Source: Pseudomonadota bacterium (GTDB lineage Bacteria > SAR324 > NAC60-12). From it: a stretch of 64,000 nt of DNA. The notes under the pieces were generated by a model that made no database searches, was not told the origin of the DNA, and saw only the letters and a program-made list of their open reading frames with translations. This document shows positions 37,141 through 47,158 of the stretch, one piece after another (within the stretch, counting starts at the first letter, position 1; each line of letters starts with the position of its first letter). Both the position numbers and the translations under genes were made by a program. Location of the stretch: positions 9,767 through 73,766 of the forward strand of contig SHAT01000002.1 of the NCBI GenBank assembly GCA_004213175.1. The letters are read 5' to 3'.

Positions 37141-38472
37141 TTAAATCCTGTCGAAAACAGAGCCATGTCCTGGGAGATACAAACGTTCGTAAAAACGGTT
37201 TGCGTATTGATCGGTCATGCCTGCAATGAAATCACAAATGATTCTTTTTTGTTGCAAATCACTTTTTGCTTCTTTCCATAAAAATTGAAAAGATGAAGGT
37301 AAAAGCATTTCTGGCTCAGCAGATAGTGCATCAAAAAGTGATAAAACAATTTTACGTCCCTTAAAAGTTGTAGCCTGAACCGTATTGAGCTGAATTACAT
37401 GCCTCGAGACCGTTTCTTTAAGTGCCTTTAATAAGCATAGAGGCTCTTCCGGCAAAACTACATTCCACCCCAAAAGAGGTTCTTCAAAATTCTCATTCAG
37501 TTTTAATTCAACAGATGAAATCAGCGCATGAACCAAAGCTCCAACCGCCTGCCTCCGACTGTATCCAGAATTTTCTTTACGTGTGAAAAGCATGTTTTCA
37601 ATTTGAAGGAGATTGTTTTTCTGAGCCCATTTTTCATCCAAATGCTGTGTTACTTCACGCCAATGATCCCGAGTCAGCAAACGCAAAACAATGCCATCTT
37701 CAAAATCATGAATCCCGTAAGCAATATCATCCGCTAGATTCATCAGCGAAGTGTCAAGAGCTTTGTATAAAGAAAGGCCATGACTATGTTTAGTGGGAGA
37801 TGTATGTTTGCTGAAGAGTGTTTTATCAGCATTTGAAAGTGGTTCTAAAATCCAGTTGAACACTTCCTGCTCGGTATCTAGAAAACACTTCGGTGGCTGC
37901 CAGGTATGTTGGAAATTTAAATCAGTAGATTTCTTAGTTGCTTCCGGATGGGATATTTTGCACAAGTTTGAATACGGAACAGGATATTTCAAAACTCCCA
38001 GCAAAGTTCGGCGGGTTAAATCTAATCCATTCTCTGGCGTGTGCGATTCCAACTGAGACAGAATACGTAATGTCTGCCCGTTTCCTTCAAATCCTCCATA
38101 GTCGGCCATTGCAAAATTGAGTGCAGTTTCTCCACCGTGTCCAAAGGGAGGGTGACCCAAATCATGAGCTAGTCCAGTTGTTTCAATCTGTTCTAACTGC
38201 GGAAGCAGATGATTTGATTTCGGCAATCTCTTTTGTAAATTTAAGACCATCCCACGACCAATTTGCGCAACTTCCATTGAATGTGTTAGGCGTGTACGAT
38301 GGAAATCACCTTCCAGAACACCTAGTATTTGTGTTTTAGCCTGTAATCTCCTGAAAGCAGAAGAATGAATCACACGTGCCCGATCACGTTCATATTCTTC
38401 ACGCTGATCTACCTGTCGTTTTACTACTGTAGGAGCACGGCGTAGTTTCCATTTGTCCTCTTTATTGTGCAC
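37141..38472 (-). CDS. dgt: dGTP triphosphohydrolase-like HD-domain protein
   Basis: 443 aa with Dgt family motifs (RDRARVIHSSAFRRLQ.KTQ, HSMEVAQIGR, HDLGHPPFGH). Confidence 0.85.
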   Translation of the reverse strand: MHNKEDKWKLRRAPTVVKRQVDQREEYERDRARVIHSSAFRRLQAKTQILGVLEGDFHRTRLTHSMEVAQIGRGMVLNLQKRLPKSNHLLPQLEQIETTGLAHDLGHPPFGHGGETALNFAMADYGGFEGNGQTLRILSQLESHTPENGLDLTRRTLLGVLKYPVPYSNLCKISHPEATKKSTDLNFQHTWQPPKCFLDTEQEVFNWILEPLSNADKTLFSKHTSPTKHSHGLSLYKALDTSLMNLADDIAYGIHDFEDGIVLRLLTRDHWREVTQHLDEKWAQKNNLLQIENMLFTRKENSGYSRRQAVGALVHALISSVELKLNENFEEPLLGWNVVLPEEPLCLLKALKETVSRHVIQLNTVQATTFKGRKIVLSLFDALSAEPEMLLPSSFQFLWKEAKSDLQQKRIICDFIAGMTDQYANRFYERLYLPGHGSVFDRI

Positions 38473-38736
38473 TTACACCTATTTGAGTTAAAATATTTTG
38501 GAGAGCTTTTAATCTAAATTGTTGTGAATTCTAACTCATTTCTAAAATATTTTCACGCAGAAAAAAATCCTATGATACGTTACTTTTGAAGATTTATTCT
38601 ACTTCAAAATAGACATAGTCCTAATTTCTTCAAATCACTTGATAATTTTACCTGTTACATTAAAATCTAAGATTATAATAATAAAAAAATCAAAAAAGTT
38701 TAACTGTAATAATAAACTAACGAAGGAGGATAAAGT

Positions 38737-38958
38737 TTGAGTGAAGATAAACTAGAAGTCGAAGGGACAGTCATAGAGTCTTCTAAAGGCATTTTTCGAG
38801 TAAAGTTGGAAAATGATCACATAGTAATTGGTCATTTATCCGGAAAAATGAAAATGTACAAGATTCGTGTACTGCCTGGAGATACCGTCACTATTGAGCT
38901 TTCCCCCTATGACCTGAAACGTGGAAGAATAGTCCGACGGGAAAAAGTTGAAAATTGA
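38737..38958 (+). CDS. infA: Translation initiation factor IF-1
   Basis: 73-aa S1-like protein ([29 protein letters not shown]). TTG start, with AGGAGG 7 nt upstream. Confidence 0.9.
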   Translation: MSEDKLEVEGTVIESSKGIFRVKLENDHIVIGHLSGKMKMYKIRVLPGDTVTIELSPYDLKRGRIVRREKVEN

Positions 38959-39058
38959 CAAATAACTCAGTACATAAGTTTCATTTATAATGAAGAAAAA
39001 TTGGTTTGTTGCATCCATTTTAAAACTGCTTATCGTGGAATTTATAGCTTGATCTTGG

Positions 39059-40813
39059 ATGAATATATTTGAACAAACTATTTGTGAATTGACAGCCAGT
39101 GTGCTGAACTCAGCAGATGAGTCAGTAACTTGGGAGCCGTGTGTGCTCAACAAACTGGTTGAGCAGCCTCCTAATCCTGAAATGGGCGACTATGCACTGC
39201 CTTGCTTCAGTTTTGCCAAAAGCATTCGTCGTTCCCCTGTGCAAATTGCTAAAGAATTAGCGGAAAAACTCCAATCCATTCTAAGTCCTGGATCAGCAGT
39301 CACTGGAATTCAGGCTGCAGGTTCTTATTTGAATTTTACTGTGTCTGCAGTCGCGATGGCTGAGGAAGTGCTGCCCGATATTTTCAATGGTAGCTATTTC
39401 AAGGAACCCTCCAAAATTGCTCTTGAAAGGGTGATGATTGAATATTCTCAGCCTAATACCCATAAAGGATTCCATGTAGGTCATATGCGTAATGTTGCAC
39501 TTGGGGACAGTCTCACACGCATTTATAAATATAACGGTTATGATGTTGTAGGAGTGAACTACATTGGAGATGTCGGTGCCCACATCGCAAAATGTTTATG
39601 GTATTACCGTAATCACAATACTGAAACTCCTCCGAAGCATTTCAAGGGAGAATGGTTAGGGAAATTATATTCTTTAGCAGTTAAAAAGTTGGACGATGCA
39701 GAGGGTCAGGAGAAAATCCAATTTCAGCATGAAGTAAGTCAAATTTTGCAAAAAATTGAAAACAAAGATAGGGAATTTACCGAAGAATGGGAAATGACCC
39801 GTGAGTGGTCAATGAATGATTTCCATGAAATATATGAGTGGCTTGACATTAACTTCGATTATATTTTTTATGAATCTGAGGTTGATGAAGAAGGTAGAAA
39901 AATTGTAATTGAGGGAGAAAAAAATGGAACATTTGAACGTTCAGAAGGTGCAATAGGGATTAATCTTGAGGCAGAGGAATTAGGTTTTTTTATGCTGTTA
40001 AAATCAGATGGCAATACACTCTATGCTACCAAAGACCTTGCTTTGGCACAACGGAAATTTGATAAGTTTGGTGTAAAACGTTCTGTCTATGTAGTAGGTT
40101 CAGAACAGACACTACACTTTAAACAAGTTTTTGCTACTCTCAAAAGGATGGGATATTCGCAAGTTGAACATTGTTTCCATCTGCCATATGCGTTGGTCAC
40201 CCTTCCAGATGGGAAAATGAGTTCGCGTGAAGGTAACGTGATTCTGTTTTCGCAGTTACGGAAAGAAATTATTGAAAGTATCCAATCCGTTCATTTATTG
40301 GAACACAGAATGGATTGGACTAAGCAGGAATTGGAAGAAACGGCACAAAAAATCGCAGTTGCTGCTATTAAATACGGAATGCTCAATCAGGATTCGAACA
40401 AACAAATTGTGTTTTCCATGAAGGATTGGTTGGTTTCAGAAGGTGATACTGGAACATATTTGGTTTATGCGTACGTCCGTATCAGAAGTATAGGAAGACA
40501 GATTTCGTGTAAAGTGAATACTGATGTGGATTATTCACTCTTGACACACCCCAACGAAAAAAAACTGCTGCGACAATTACTGGATTTCAACCGTACTATC
40601 TTAATCTGTGGAGAACAGTACCGTCCCTCAATCCTTGCAAGGATGCTATATGATTTTTCTAAGGATTTCAGTAGAGCATACAACACATGTTCGGTAAAGC
40701 ATGCGAAAAATAAAAAGCTACAGGCAGCAAGATTACTCTTATTTCATTGTGTTGCAGAAACCCTCCTGCAGGGGCTTCATCTCCTTGGAATCACACCGCC
40801 GGAACGAATGTAA
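39059..40813 (+). CDS. argS: Arginine--tRNA ligase
   Basis: 584 aa. The class I HIGH-type motif is NTHKGFHVGHMRN, and a C-terminal DALR anticodon-binding domain is present. Confidence 0.95.
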   Translation: MNIFEQTICELTASVLNSADESVTWEPCVLNKLVEQPPNPEMGDYALPCFSFAKSIRRSPVQIAKELAEKLQSILSPGSAVTGIQAAGSYLNFTVSAVAMAEEVLPDIFNGSYFKEPSKIALERVMIEYSQPNTHKGFHVGHMRNVALGDSLTRIYKYNGYDVVGVNYIGDVGAHIAKCLWYYRNHNTETPPKHFKGEWLGKLYSLAVKKLDDAEGQEKIQFQHEVSQILQKIENKDREFTEEWEMTREWSMNDFHEIYEWLDINFDYIFYESEVDEEGRKIVIEGEKNGTFERSEGAIGINLEAEELGFFMLLKSDGNTLYATKDLALAQRKFDKFGVKRSVYVVGSEQTLHFKQVFATLKRMGYSQVEHCFHLPYALVTLPDGKMSSREGNVILFSQLRKEIIESIQSVHLLEHRMDWTKQELEETAQKIAVAAIKYGMLNQDSNKQIVFSMKDWLVSEGDTGTYLVYAYVRIRSIGRQISCKVNTDVDYSLLTHPNEKKLLRQLLDFNRTILICGEQYRPSILARMLYDFSKDFSRAYNTCSVKHAKNKKLQAARLLLFHCVAETLLQGLHLLGITPPERM

Positions 40814-40882
40814 AGCGGCGAAAATTTTGAGGATTTCATGTTATTAGTTTGAAAAATCACTAGATCATTTTGTTGCCTCCCT

Positions 40883-41323
40883 GTGCTTTCCCAGATTTTA
40901 TCTAAAACAATAATTATGCGCACCATGTTGTTGATTTTGATCTTCTGCTTAAGTTTTTCTCTACAAGCAATAGCAGATTATTTTAAATGGGAAATTCTTT
41001 TTGCGGAAAAAGGTTTTGGCACAGAGTTCGAAACAATTCCGCTTGTTGCAGAAGGGAAAGTAGAATTTGCGGATAAGAAAATTAAGTGCAGAATGGAAAG
41101 GTTCTGGACACGTATGGAAGAAGATTTACTGCTGGAGGGAAAGACTTTATTTTGCTTAAACGGAGATAAAGCGAATTCTGTAAGTGTGGTTTGTAGAGAC
41201 AATCACCTTAATCGCAAATATAATCTGCTTAAAGAGCTTTACCCAATCGCAAAAGATGGTTTCCAACTATTTCCAAAAATGGGCAGTAGTTCTCCATACT
41301 TGGAACTGCGTTGTTTTTTTTAA
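40883..41323 (+). CDS. Hypothetical secreted protein
   Basis: 146 aa with an N-terminal signal peptide (MRTMLLILIFCLSFSLQAIA). No recognisable domain. Confidence 0.4.
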   Translation: MLSQILSKTIIMRTMLLILIFCLSFSLQAIADYFKWEILFAEKGFGTEFETIPLVAEGKVEFADKKIKCRMERFWTRMEEDLLLEGKTLFCLNGDKANSVSVVCRDNHLNRKYNLLKELYPIAKDGFQLFPKMGSSSPYLELRCFF

Positions 41324-41328
41324 TTAAA

Positions 41329-42027
41329 TTAATAAGGCAAAGCTTTTAAAAGAGTCTGAACAGTTTTGAATGAGTTTTTTGCGGCAGTATTCAGAAATCC
41401 GACAGAAAGTTTTTGTCCATTTGCACCAGCTAAATCACTGAGGCAACGTACCACAATTGCAGGAATTCCGAATTGCTCCGCAACCTGCGCAACTGCTCCC
41501 CCTTCCATCTCAATTGCCTGAGCGCCAAATTGTTCATACAAAGCTTTTCGTTTTTTTTCGCACTGCAGGAAAACATCTCCCGTTAAGATTGTACCCATTC
41601 TGACTTCGGGAAGCACCACCTTGATTATCTTCTTTATTTCCGGATCAAGTCTAAACTCTGCAGAAGTTTTAGGAGGTCCCATTGGGATACTACCAGCACG
41701 GTAAACCTGTACGTGACCGTCGTTCAGTGCTCCGTAATCATATTGAATTAATGATTCTCCAACTACCACCTCTCCAATTTCCATGGTAGGATCAATTCCG
41801 CCAGCTACTCCGGAAAAAATAAGCAATTTGCAGTCAAACTCCTGAACGAGCAAAGTAGAAACTAATGCTGCATTAACTTTCCCAAGACCACATTCTACAA
41901 CAGTCAGATCATGACGCTCTTCTTTTTTTCTAAAAAATCGTCTACATCCGAGTGTTCGAGCTGAATTTAGCTGCAAATCAAAATATTTTATTTCTTTAGG
42001 AATGGCGCAGAGAATTCCAATCTTCAT
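41329..42027 (-). CDS. mtnN: 5'-methylthioadenosine/S-adenosylhomocysteine nucleosidase (PNP/UDP phosphorylase fold)
   Basis: 232 aa. The catalytic region is IEMEGGAVAQVAEQFGIP and the N-terminus is MKIGIL.AIP.E. Confidence 0.8.
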   Translation of the reverse strand: MKIGILCAIPKEIKYFDLQLNSARTLGCRRFFRKKEERHDLTVVECGLGKVNAALVSTLLVQEFDCKLLIFSGVAGGIDPTMEIGEVVVGESLIQYDYGALNDGHVQVYRAGSIPMGPPKTSAEFRLDPEIKKIIKVVLPEVRMGTILTGDVFLQCEKKRKALYEQFGAQAIEMEGGAVAQVAEQFGIPAIVVRCLSDLAGANGQKLSVGFLNTAAKNSFKTVQTLLKALPY

Positions 42028-42050
42028 AGAGGGATAATTTAAATATAAAA

Positions 42051-42242
42051 CTAATCAAAGTACTTTTTGCAAATAGCCGGGAAATCCCGTTTTGCGCACC
42101 AATCGTAAAACTTTCCGCTTCCAGATGCACAGGAAGCGCTGACAATACTCAACAGAAAAAGTGCGGTCCAATAATTCAAAAAAAGCCGGGAAAATGTGGC
42201 CTGAATTTCTGAATAATTGCTAAAAGGGGAATCGGATGACAT
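42051..42242 (-). CDS. Hypothetical small protein
   Basis: 63-aa ORF filling the gap between the nucleosidase and the GT28 gene. It has a hydrophobic segment and four Cys. Weak support. Confidence 0.25.
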   Translation of the reverse strand: MSSDSPFSNYSEIQATFSRLFLNYWTALFLLSIVSASCASGSGKFYDWCAKRDFPAICKKYFD

Positions 42243-42244
42243 GT

Positions 42245-43366
42245 TCAGACTTTTCCGCTCAAATCAAAAACCAACTTCACAAAATCTTTTGTTCCTCCGT
42301 CCGGAAGTAGTTTATGGAGTTTTTTCCCCATTTCTCCAGGAACCCGTTTCTCAAAAAAATTATCCCACCAGTTAATTCCTTCAGTTGATAAAACTTGCTG
42401 GGAAACATATTCTGCCGCGTTATTTTCCTTGATCAGCAGAGCATTTTCTTCCTGATGTGTTCCAGGAAGTGGAATTAGGACTGTGTCTTTTTGCAGAACA
42501 GCAAGTTCTCCAAGAATTCCCATACCCGCTCGAGTCAGTACTATTTCACTTTTAGCAATCAAGTCACCCATACCTTCATAGACAACTTCCAGTGGATGAT
42601 AATGCTGATGAGAAAATACTGAAGTTTCCTGCACAAAACATTTAGCTGCCCCTGAACCTGTAAGATGGACAACCTGAAAGTTTTTCAGCAGGTGTTTTAA
42701 CAACGGCAAAACCGCACGATTTAAGCCAGCAGCTCCCTGTCCGCCTCCTGTAATAAGAATGAGTGGAAGTTCCGGATGAAGACCAAAACGTTCATTTGCA
42801 AATTTAGCATTTGCAGAAGATATTTCCTGACGTACGACCGGCCCAATTACCTTCTTAAAAGAAATTGAGGGGAATTTTTTTGCGGTTTTCTCAAAATAAG
42901 CAACGAGCGCCTTACTCACTGGTGCCATGATTCGGTTCGCAAGTCCTGGTAAAACATCCATTTGCAGGATCACATGCGGGATCCTTAAGATCCAGGCCGC
43001 GTAAGCTACTGGGACACTTACAAAACTTCCTGCAGAAACAACAATTTGTGGTCGAAAAATCAGCAAAAGTGCCAAACTCATTAATCCACCACCTAGAACA
43101 AAAAATGGGTCAATAAAATTGTGCCAACTCCAGTAACGTCTAACTTTTCCGGATGGAATAGCGACAAACGGGATCTCAGTTTGTTCTACCATTTCTCGTT
43201 CTGGCCCATTTTTGCTACCAAGAAAAAGGAAGTGAGTGACTTTTCTTTGTTGACTTATTTCTTCTGCTAAAGCCAGCAAAGGCAGAGTTGGGCCTCCCGA
43301 TCCTCCACCTGTGAATAATACTCTAACAGGTCTTTCACCCAAAATTTGAAAATCATTTTCATTCAT
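42245..43366 (-). CDS. GT28-family glycosyltransferase (MurG-like)
   Basis: 373 aa. The N-terminal G-loop is FTGGGSGGP and the C-terminal domain is the GT28 type. It could be MurG or a glycolipid synthase. Confidence 0.55.
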   Translation of the reverse strand: MNENDFQILGERPVRVLFTGGGSGGPTLPLLALAEEISQQRKVTHFLFLGSKNGPEREMVEQTEIPFVAIPSGKVRRYWSWHNFIDPFFVLGGGLMSLALLLIFRPQIVVSAGSFVSVPVAYAAWILRIPHVILQMDVLPGLANRIMAPVSKALVAYFEKTAKKFPSISFKKVIGPVVRQEISSANAKFANERFGLHPELPLILITGGGQGAAGLNRAVLPLLKHLLKNFQVVHLTGSGAAKCFVQETSVFSHQHYHPLEVVYEGMGDLIAKSEIVLTRAGMGILGELAVLQKDTVLIPLPGTHQEENALLIKENNAAEYVSQQVLSTEGINWWDNFFEKRVPGEMGKKLHKLLPDGGTKDFVKLVFDLSGKV

Positions 43367-44201
43367 TTGAAATATTGGCGTCAGCTAACAATTGTAACTT
43401 TTTTAATTCCGTGCGCAGGATACCACTGAGTCTAACTGCATCATTGCAAAAGATCCATTCTACTCCGCGATTTATTTCACGAAATAGATTGTTTTTTGAC
43501 TTAGGATAACCAACACCTATTTTTTGACCACATTCCAGATGTTTTTTTACAAACTTTTTATGTAGCAAAAGATAATGTCCACCTAAACCTGCATATTTTT
43601 CTTTCAACGAAATCTTACTCAAGGTTTTTGCATTAAAGATCGCTACCGGAATTTTCGCAGAAGAGTCGACAAATTTAACGAGAGTAAGCATTTCCGGATC
43701 AAGAGAAAGCAAGTGAAAATCTTTCCGCGGTTCTAGCGGAGAAAACAACTCTTTTAGAATCATGTTCTGCTTTTCCGGTTGAGGATAATGTTCTTCTTTC
43801 GCCTCCACCATCAAGTGGAGCTTCCCGCCGTAACGCCGAACGACTTCTCCCAATGTGGGCACCTGTGGAAAGAGCTGTTTTAGTTCTGCTAATGTTGCTT
43901 CAGAAATACGGAGATTTGAACCAAACAATCTATTTAGATCCGGATCATGAGCTACTACAGGATGTAAATCTTTTGTCCATCGAAAATCCAATTCAATCCC
44001 CCAAATCCCTTCTATTTCAAACGCATTATCAAATGCGGATAAAGTGTTCTCGAAAACAGTGATGTTGTCATGTTGTCCACGGTGAGAAATGATTTTGCAA
44101 TTGCTTAAGTTCTCAAAGGTAGGTATCCGCTGCGGAACAATTGCAAAGACCGAATCGCAGAATTCCATCAAACAGTATTCAAGCCATGATGGTAATTCCA
44201 T
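43359..44201 (-). CDS. Glycerophosphodiester phosphodiesterase family protein
   Basis: 280 aa with the GDPD signature (ISHRG...E.T..AF, IELD...T.D...V..HD). Its stop overlaps the GT28 start by 8 nt. Confidence 0.7.
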   Translation of the reverse strand: MELPSWLEYCLMEFCDSVFAIVPQRIPTFENLSNCKIISHRGQHDNITVFENTLSAFDNAFEIEGIWGIELDFRWTKDLHPVVAHDPDLNRLFGSNLRISEATLAELKQLFPQVPTLGEVVRRYGGKLHLMVEAKEEHYPQPEKQNMILKELFSPLEPRKDFHLLSLDPEMLTLVKFVDSSAKIPVAIFNAKTLSKISLKEKYAGLGGHYLLLHKKFVKKHLECGQKIGVGYPKSKNNLFREINRGVEWIFCNDAVRLSGILRTELKKLQLLADANISNE

Positions 44202-44261
44202 AATAAATTAGAGAAATATGTTTTTAATGAATTTCTTTGCCAAAAATTATTTTTTAACAAA

Positions 44262-46463
44262 CTATGATTCTTGAGGAGGTTCCTCCCATATCTTCTTCAC
44301 AAATTTAAGCGGTCTCAATTTTTCTACTATTTTGTAAAAAACTGGCCAAGTAACAGATTCAAGTTTGATACGTATATCTGCTTCATTTTTATTTTTTCCT
44401 GCAGATTCGGAGTTGATAATTGCAACACCTGCATCTTTTATAATTTTTGTTATCTGAAAAAGAATCCCTGTTCCATCAATGACATGTAAATGAATAATGT
44501 GAGTTAGGGATATTTTTTTTGAGATATTCCATGAAACATCGATAGGGATTATTTTGGACTTAGCTAGCTTTTTGTTGTTAATTTTATTTGGACAGTCTAT
44601 TAGGTGAATTTCGATTTCCTTGTCATCATGAATGAAGCCTGAAATTTTATCCCCGGGAATCGGGAAACAGCAACTTGCGAGTTTGATCAAAGGGTTTTGA
44701 ACATCATCGATCAAAAATATATTTTTGTTCCCACCAAAAATATTGCCCCAAAATTCACGGTTTATCATCTCTTTCAAACGTCCAGAACTTCCAAAATGAA
44801 GTAGTTTGTACTTTCTGAGAAACTGCTGCAAAGGTCGTTTCCTTAAACCGATTTCCTGAAAAAATTTATTGGCTGATAATTTTTCTGCTTTCAGTGCGGA
44901 CTTAACCGGCATTGATTTAATCCACTTTTCTACACTCAGTTCTTCTCCTTTTTCTCTTAATTTGCGCTGCAGCAGTGCACGTCCAGAATTTCTGGCATTG
45001 ATAATTTTTTGCTGTTCTATTGCTCTTTTGATTTGGGAGCGACTCTTTGCTGTTTTGACCTGTTTAAGCCACTCCTCCTTGGGGTGAACGCCCGTGTCAG
45101 TGATAATTTTAAGAGCCTCACCTGTAAAAAGCTGTCTTTCACGTGGAACCCTTTTTTTAGACTTACCTACTGAAGAAGGATTTACCAGAGCACCGATACA
45201 ATGATTACCAAGATCAGTATGGATGCCGTAGGCAAAATCCAGTACTGTTGCTCCTTGTGGAAAAACAAGCATGTCTCCTTTGGGACTGTAGACTTGTACT
45301 TGATCAGACTGTACATAGCTCATGACATCAAGCATACGAACGTCTTCATCACCAGCCATCTGATCAAGATGGCTGAGATAGATACGGTAATAGTCGGCAA
45401 GTTCAGTTGGGCTTCCACTCCAATGCGCCATGATTCCATTCTGATTTTTTATCAGCATTTCTTCAGAAAGAATTTCTATAAAGGTTTGTTCACCTTCAAT
45501 TCTTAACTCAGTTTGAATTCCCTCATAACCATTCCAGAGAGGGTTGCTGATATAATCTCTAATTTTTAAAGGAATGACATGATAATTGGTGTGTATTACC
45601 CCGAGTGCCTTAAAACAATCTATACTGTTTTTAACTACAATCCTGAAACCTTCCAATATATGATCGATCGGTCCGCTCTCCTGAATACGAGAAGCAGGAT
45701 GTACATAAAGAGGTTCAACATTATGATAAGCTAATTTTTGTTTTTCTAAATTACTTTGTAAAGATTTTTTCATGACCTTAATCGTTGAAATACGGTCTTT
45801 TTTCAATTCATCTATCTCAACCAAAGTTTTTTGATATCTCTTTGGATATAGTAATTTAAAACAAAGTATGGTGTGTTCTTGGCAAATTTGCGATAATCCA
45901 AGTCTTTCAGCAATCGGTACATATATGTTAAGCGTTTCCAAGCTTATCCGTCGTTGTTTTTCACGAGGCATGGCTTCCATGTCTCTCATATTATCAAGCC
46001 GGTCAAAGAGTTTGATAAACAACGCACGCACATCCTGCACCATTGTTTTCAACATCCGCTGGTATGTTGCCTCCAAATTATCCGTGGTAACACTTTTAGG
46101 ACTTTCAGTTTTTTTAATTTTAGTCAATCCAGTGACAATATCTGCATACCAGGATCCATAACGTTTGTGGATATCCTCGTGAGTTATTGAAGTATCTTCT
46201 ATGATATCATGAAGAAGAGTGGCAACAACTGTAGGAGCATCAAGCCCTGCTCTGCAGATATAACTTGCAACACGCAACGGGTGAATGATGAAAGGCTGAC
46301 CAGATTTTCGCCTCTGGTCTTCGTGATGGTAGCGAATGTCAGAGATGGCTTGATCTAGCAATTCCGAATCTTTTCGCGTACCATATTCTTTGACATAGTC
46401 ACGGATTTGTTTATCCAAATCCGTGATCAGGGCTTTATCACTTGCTGAAATATTTTTCTGCAT
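44262..46463 (-). CDS. spoT: Bifunctional (p)ppGpp synthetase/hydrolase RelA/SpoT
   Basis: 733 aa. The HD hydrolase motif is HPLRVA...LLHDIIEDT and the synthetase motifs include DRLDNMRDM. TGS and ACT domains are present. Confidence 0.9.
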   Translation of the reverse strand: MQKNISASDKALITDLDKQIRDYVKEYGTRKDSELLDQAISDIRYHHEDQRRKSGQPFIIHPLRVASYICRAGLDAPTVVATLLHDIIEDTSITHEDIHKRYGSWYADIVTGLTKIKKTESPKSVTTDNLEATYQRMLKTMVQDVRALFIKLFDRLDNMRDMEAMPREKQRRISLETLNIYVPIAERLGLSQICQEHTILCFKLLYPKRYQKTLVEIDELKKDRISTIKVMKKSLQSNLEKQKLAYHNVEPLYVHPASRIQESGPIDHILEGFRIVVKNSIDCFKALGVIHTNYHVIPLKIRDYISNPLWNGYEGIQTELRIEGEQTFIEILSEEMLIKNQNGIMAHWSGSPTELADYYRIYLSHLDQMAGDEDVRMLDVMSYVQSDQVQVYSPKGDMLVFPQGATVLDFAYGIHTDLGNHCIGALVNPSSVGKSKKRVPRERQLFTGEALKIITDTGVHPKEEWLKQVKTAKSRSQIKRAIEQQKIINARNSGRALLQRKLREKGEELSVEKWIKSMPVKSALKAEKLSANKFFQEIGLRKRPLQQFLRKYKLLHFGSSGRLKEMINREFWGNIFGGNKNIFLIDDVQNPLIKLASCCFPIPGDKISGFIHDDKEIEIHLIDCPNKINNKKLAKSKIIPIDVSWNISKKISLTHIIHLHVIDGTGILFQITKIIKDAGVAIINSESAGKNKNEADIRIKLESVTWPVFYKIVEKLRPLKFVKKIWEEPPQES

Positions 46464-46501
46464 GGCACCTGACTTTTTTAGACTTTAATTTTATTGTGGT
46501 T

Positions 46502-47158
46502 TTATTGTGGTAGAAAAGTTCTTGCGTGATCAATCCCGCTGCAATAACGCAATGCTGAATCCCTGCTGACTGGTTTCCAGCCGACTTCATAATGTTGATT
46601 CCACAACGATTCCCTTATTTCCCTGAAGATTTCAAAATTTCTCGGATCAACCCAGAAGAATAAATAATTTTCTTCCGGAGGATATTTTTTCATCAAATTT
46701 TGCAGCAAACCATTGTGCCGAGAAAACTGATACCACCATTGACCTGCACTGTTTAAAGTTAAAAATTCTAGACAGTGAGCGTGTCCTCTTCCCGTTGTAA
46801 GTTTAATTGAGTATTGATTTAATCTAATTTGTTTTGGTAAAGCTTCCTTTCCTGTTAGGTGCTTTTTTAACTCCTTATAAACCAATGCTCGATCTAGATA
46901 TAATATATGGTCGTCCCTCAGCAGAAATAACAGTTTGTTTTTTTGAGAAGCATGCGACCATGGGATTTTAATTTTTTCAATATTTTCAAATGGCTGTTCT
47001 TTTTCCGATGTTTGTTCGATTTTTCCTAAGAGTGAAAACATTGCCATGAAAACCGACAAAATAACTAGGATCCCAACATTGTTTGAGACAATGTCCACCA
47101 GAGAGTCCAAGTTTAGATACCAAGGAAAATCATCAAAATATCTTTTTTTTTTGCGCAT
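46502..47158 (-). CDS. Hypothetical membrane-anchored protein
   Basis: 218 aa with an N-terminal TM helix. Its start overlaps the stop of the upstream TPR gene by 1 nt, suggesting an operon with relA/spoT. Confidence 0.4.
   Translation of the reverse strand: MRKKKRYFDDFPWYLNLDSLVDIVSNNVGILVILSVFMAMFSLLGKIEQTSEKEQPFENIEKIKIPWSHASQKNKLLFLLRDDHILYLDRALVYKELKKHLTGKEALPKQIRLNQYSIKLTTGRGHAHCLEFLTLNSAGQWWYQFSRHNGLLQNLMKKYPPEENYLFFWVDPRNFEIFREIRESLWNQHYEVGWKPVSRDSALRYCSGIDHARTFLPQ

Noticed and set aside
38836-39153. 105-aa minus-strand ORF overlapping the infA 3' end and argS start
   Set aside because: It is antisense to two strongly supported genes, has atypical composition, and has no start context.
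45201-46190. Plus-strand ORFs of 78-101 aa inside relA/spoT
   Set aside because: They are antisense shadow ORFs within a 733-aa conserved gene.
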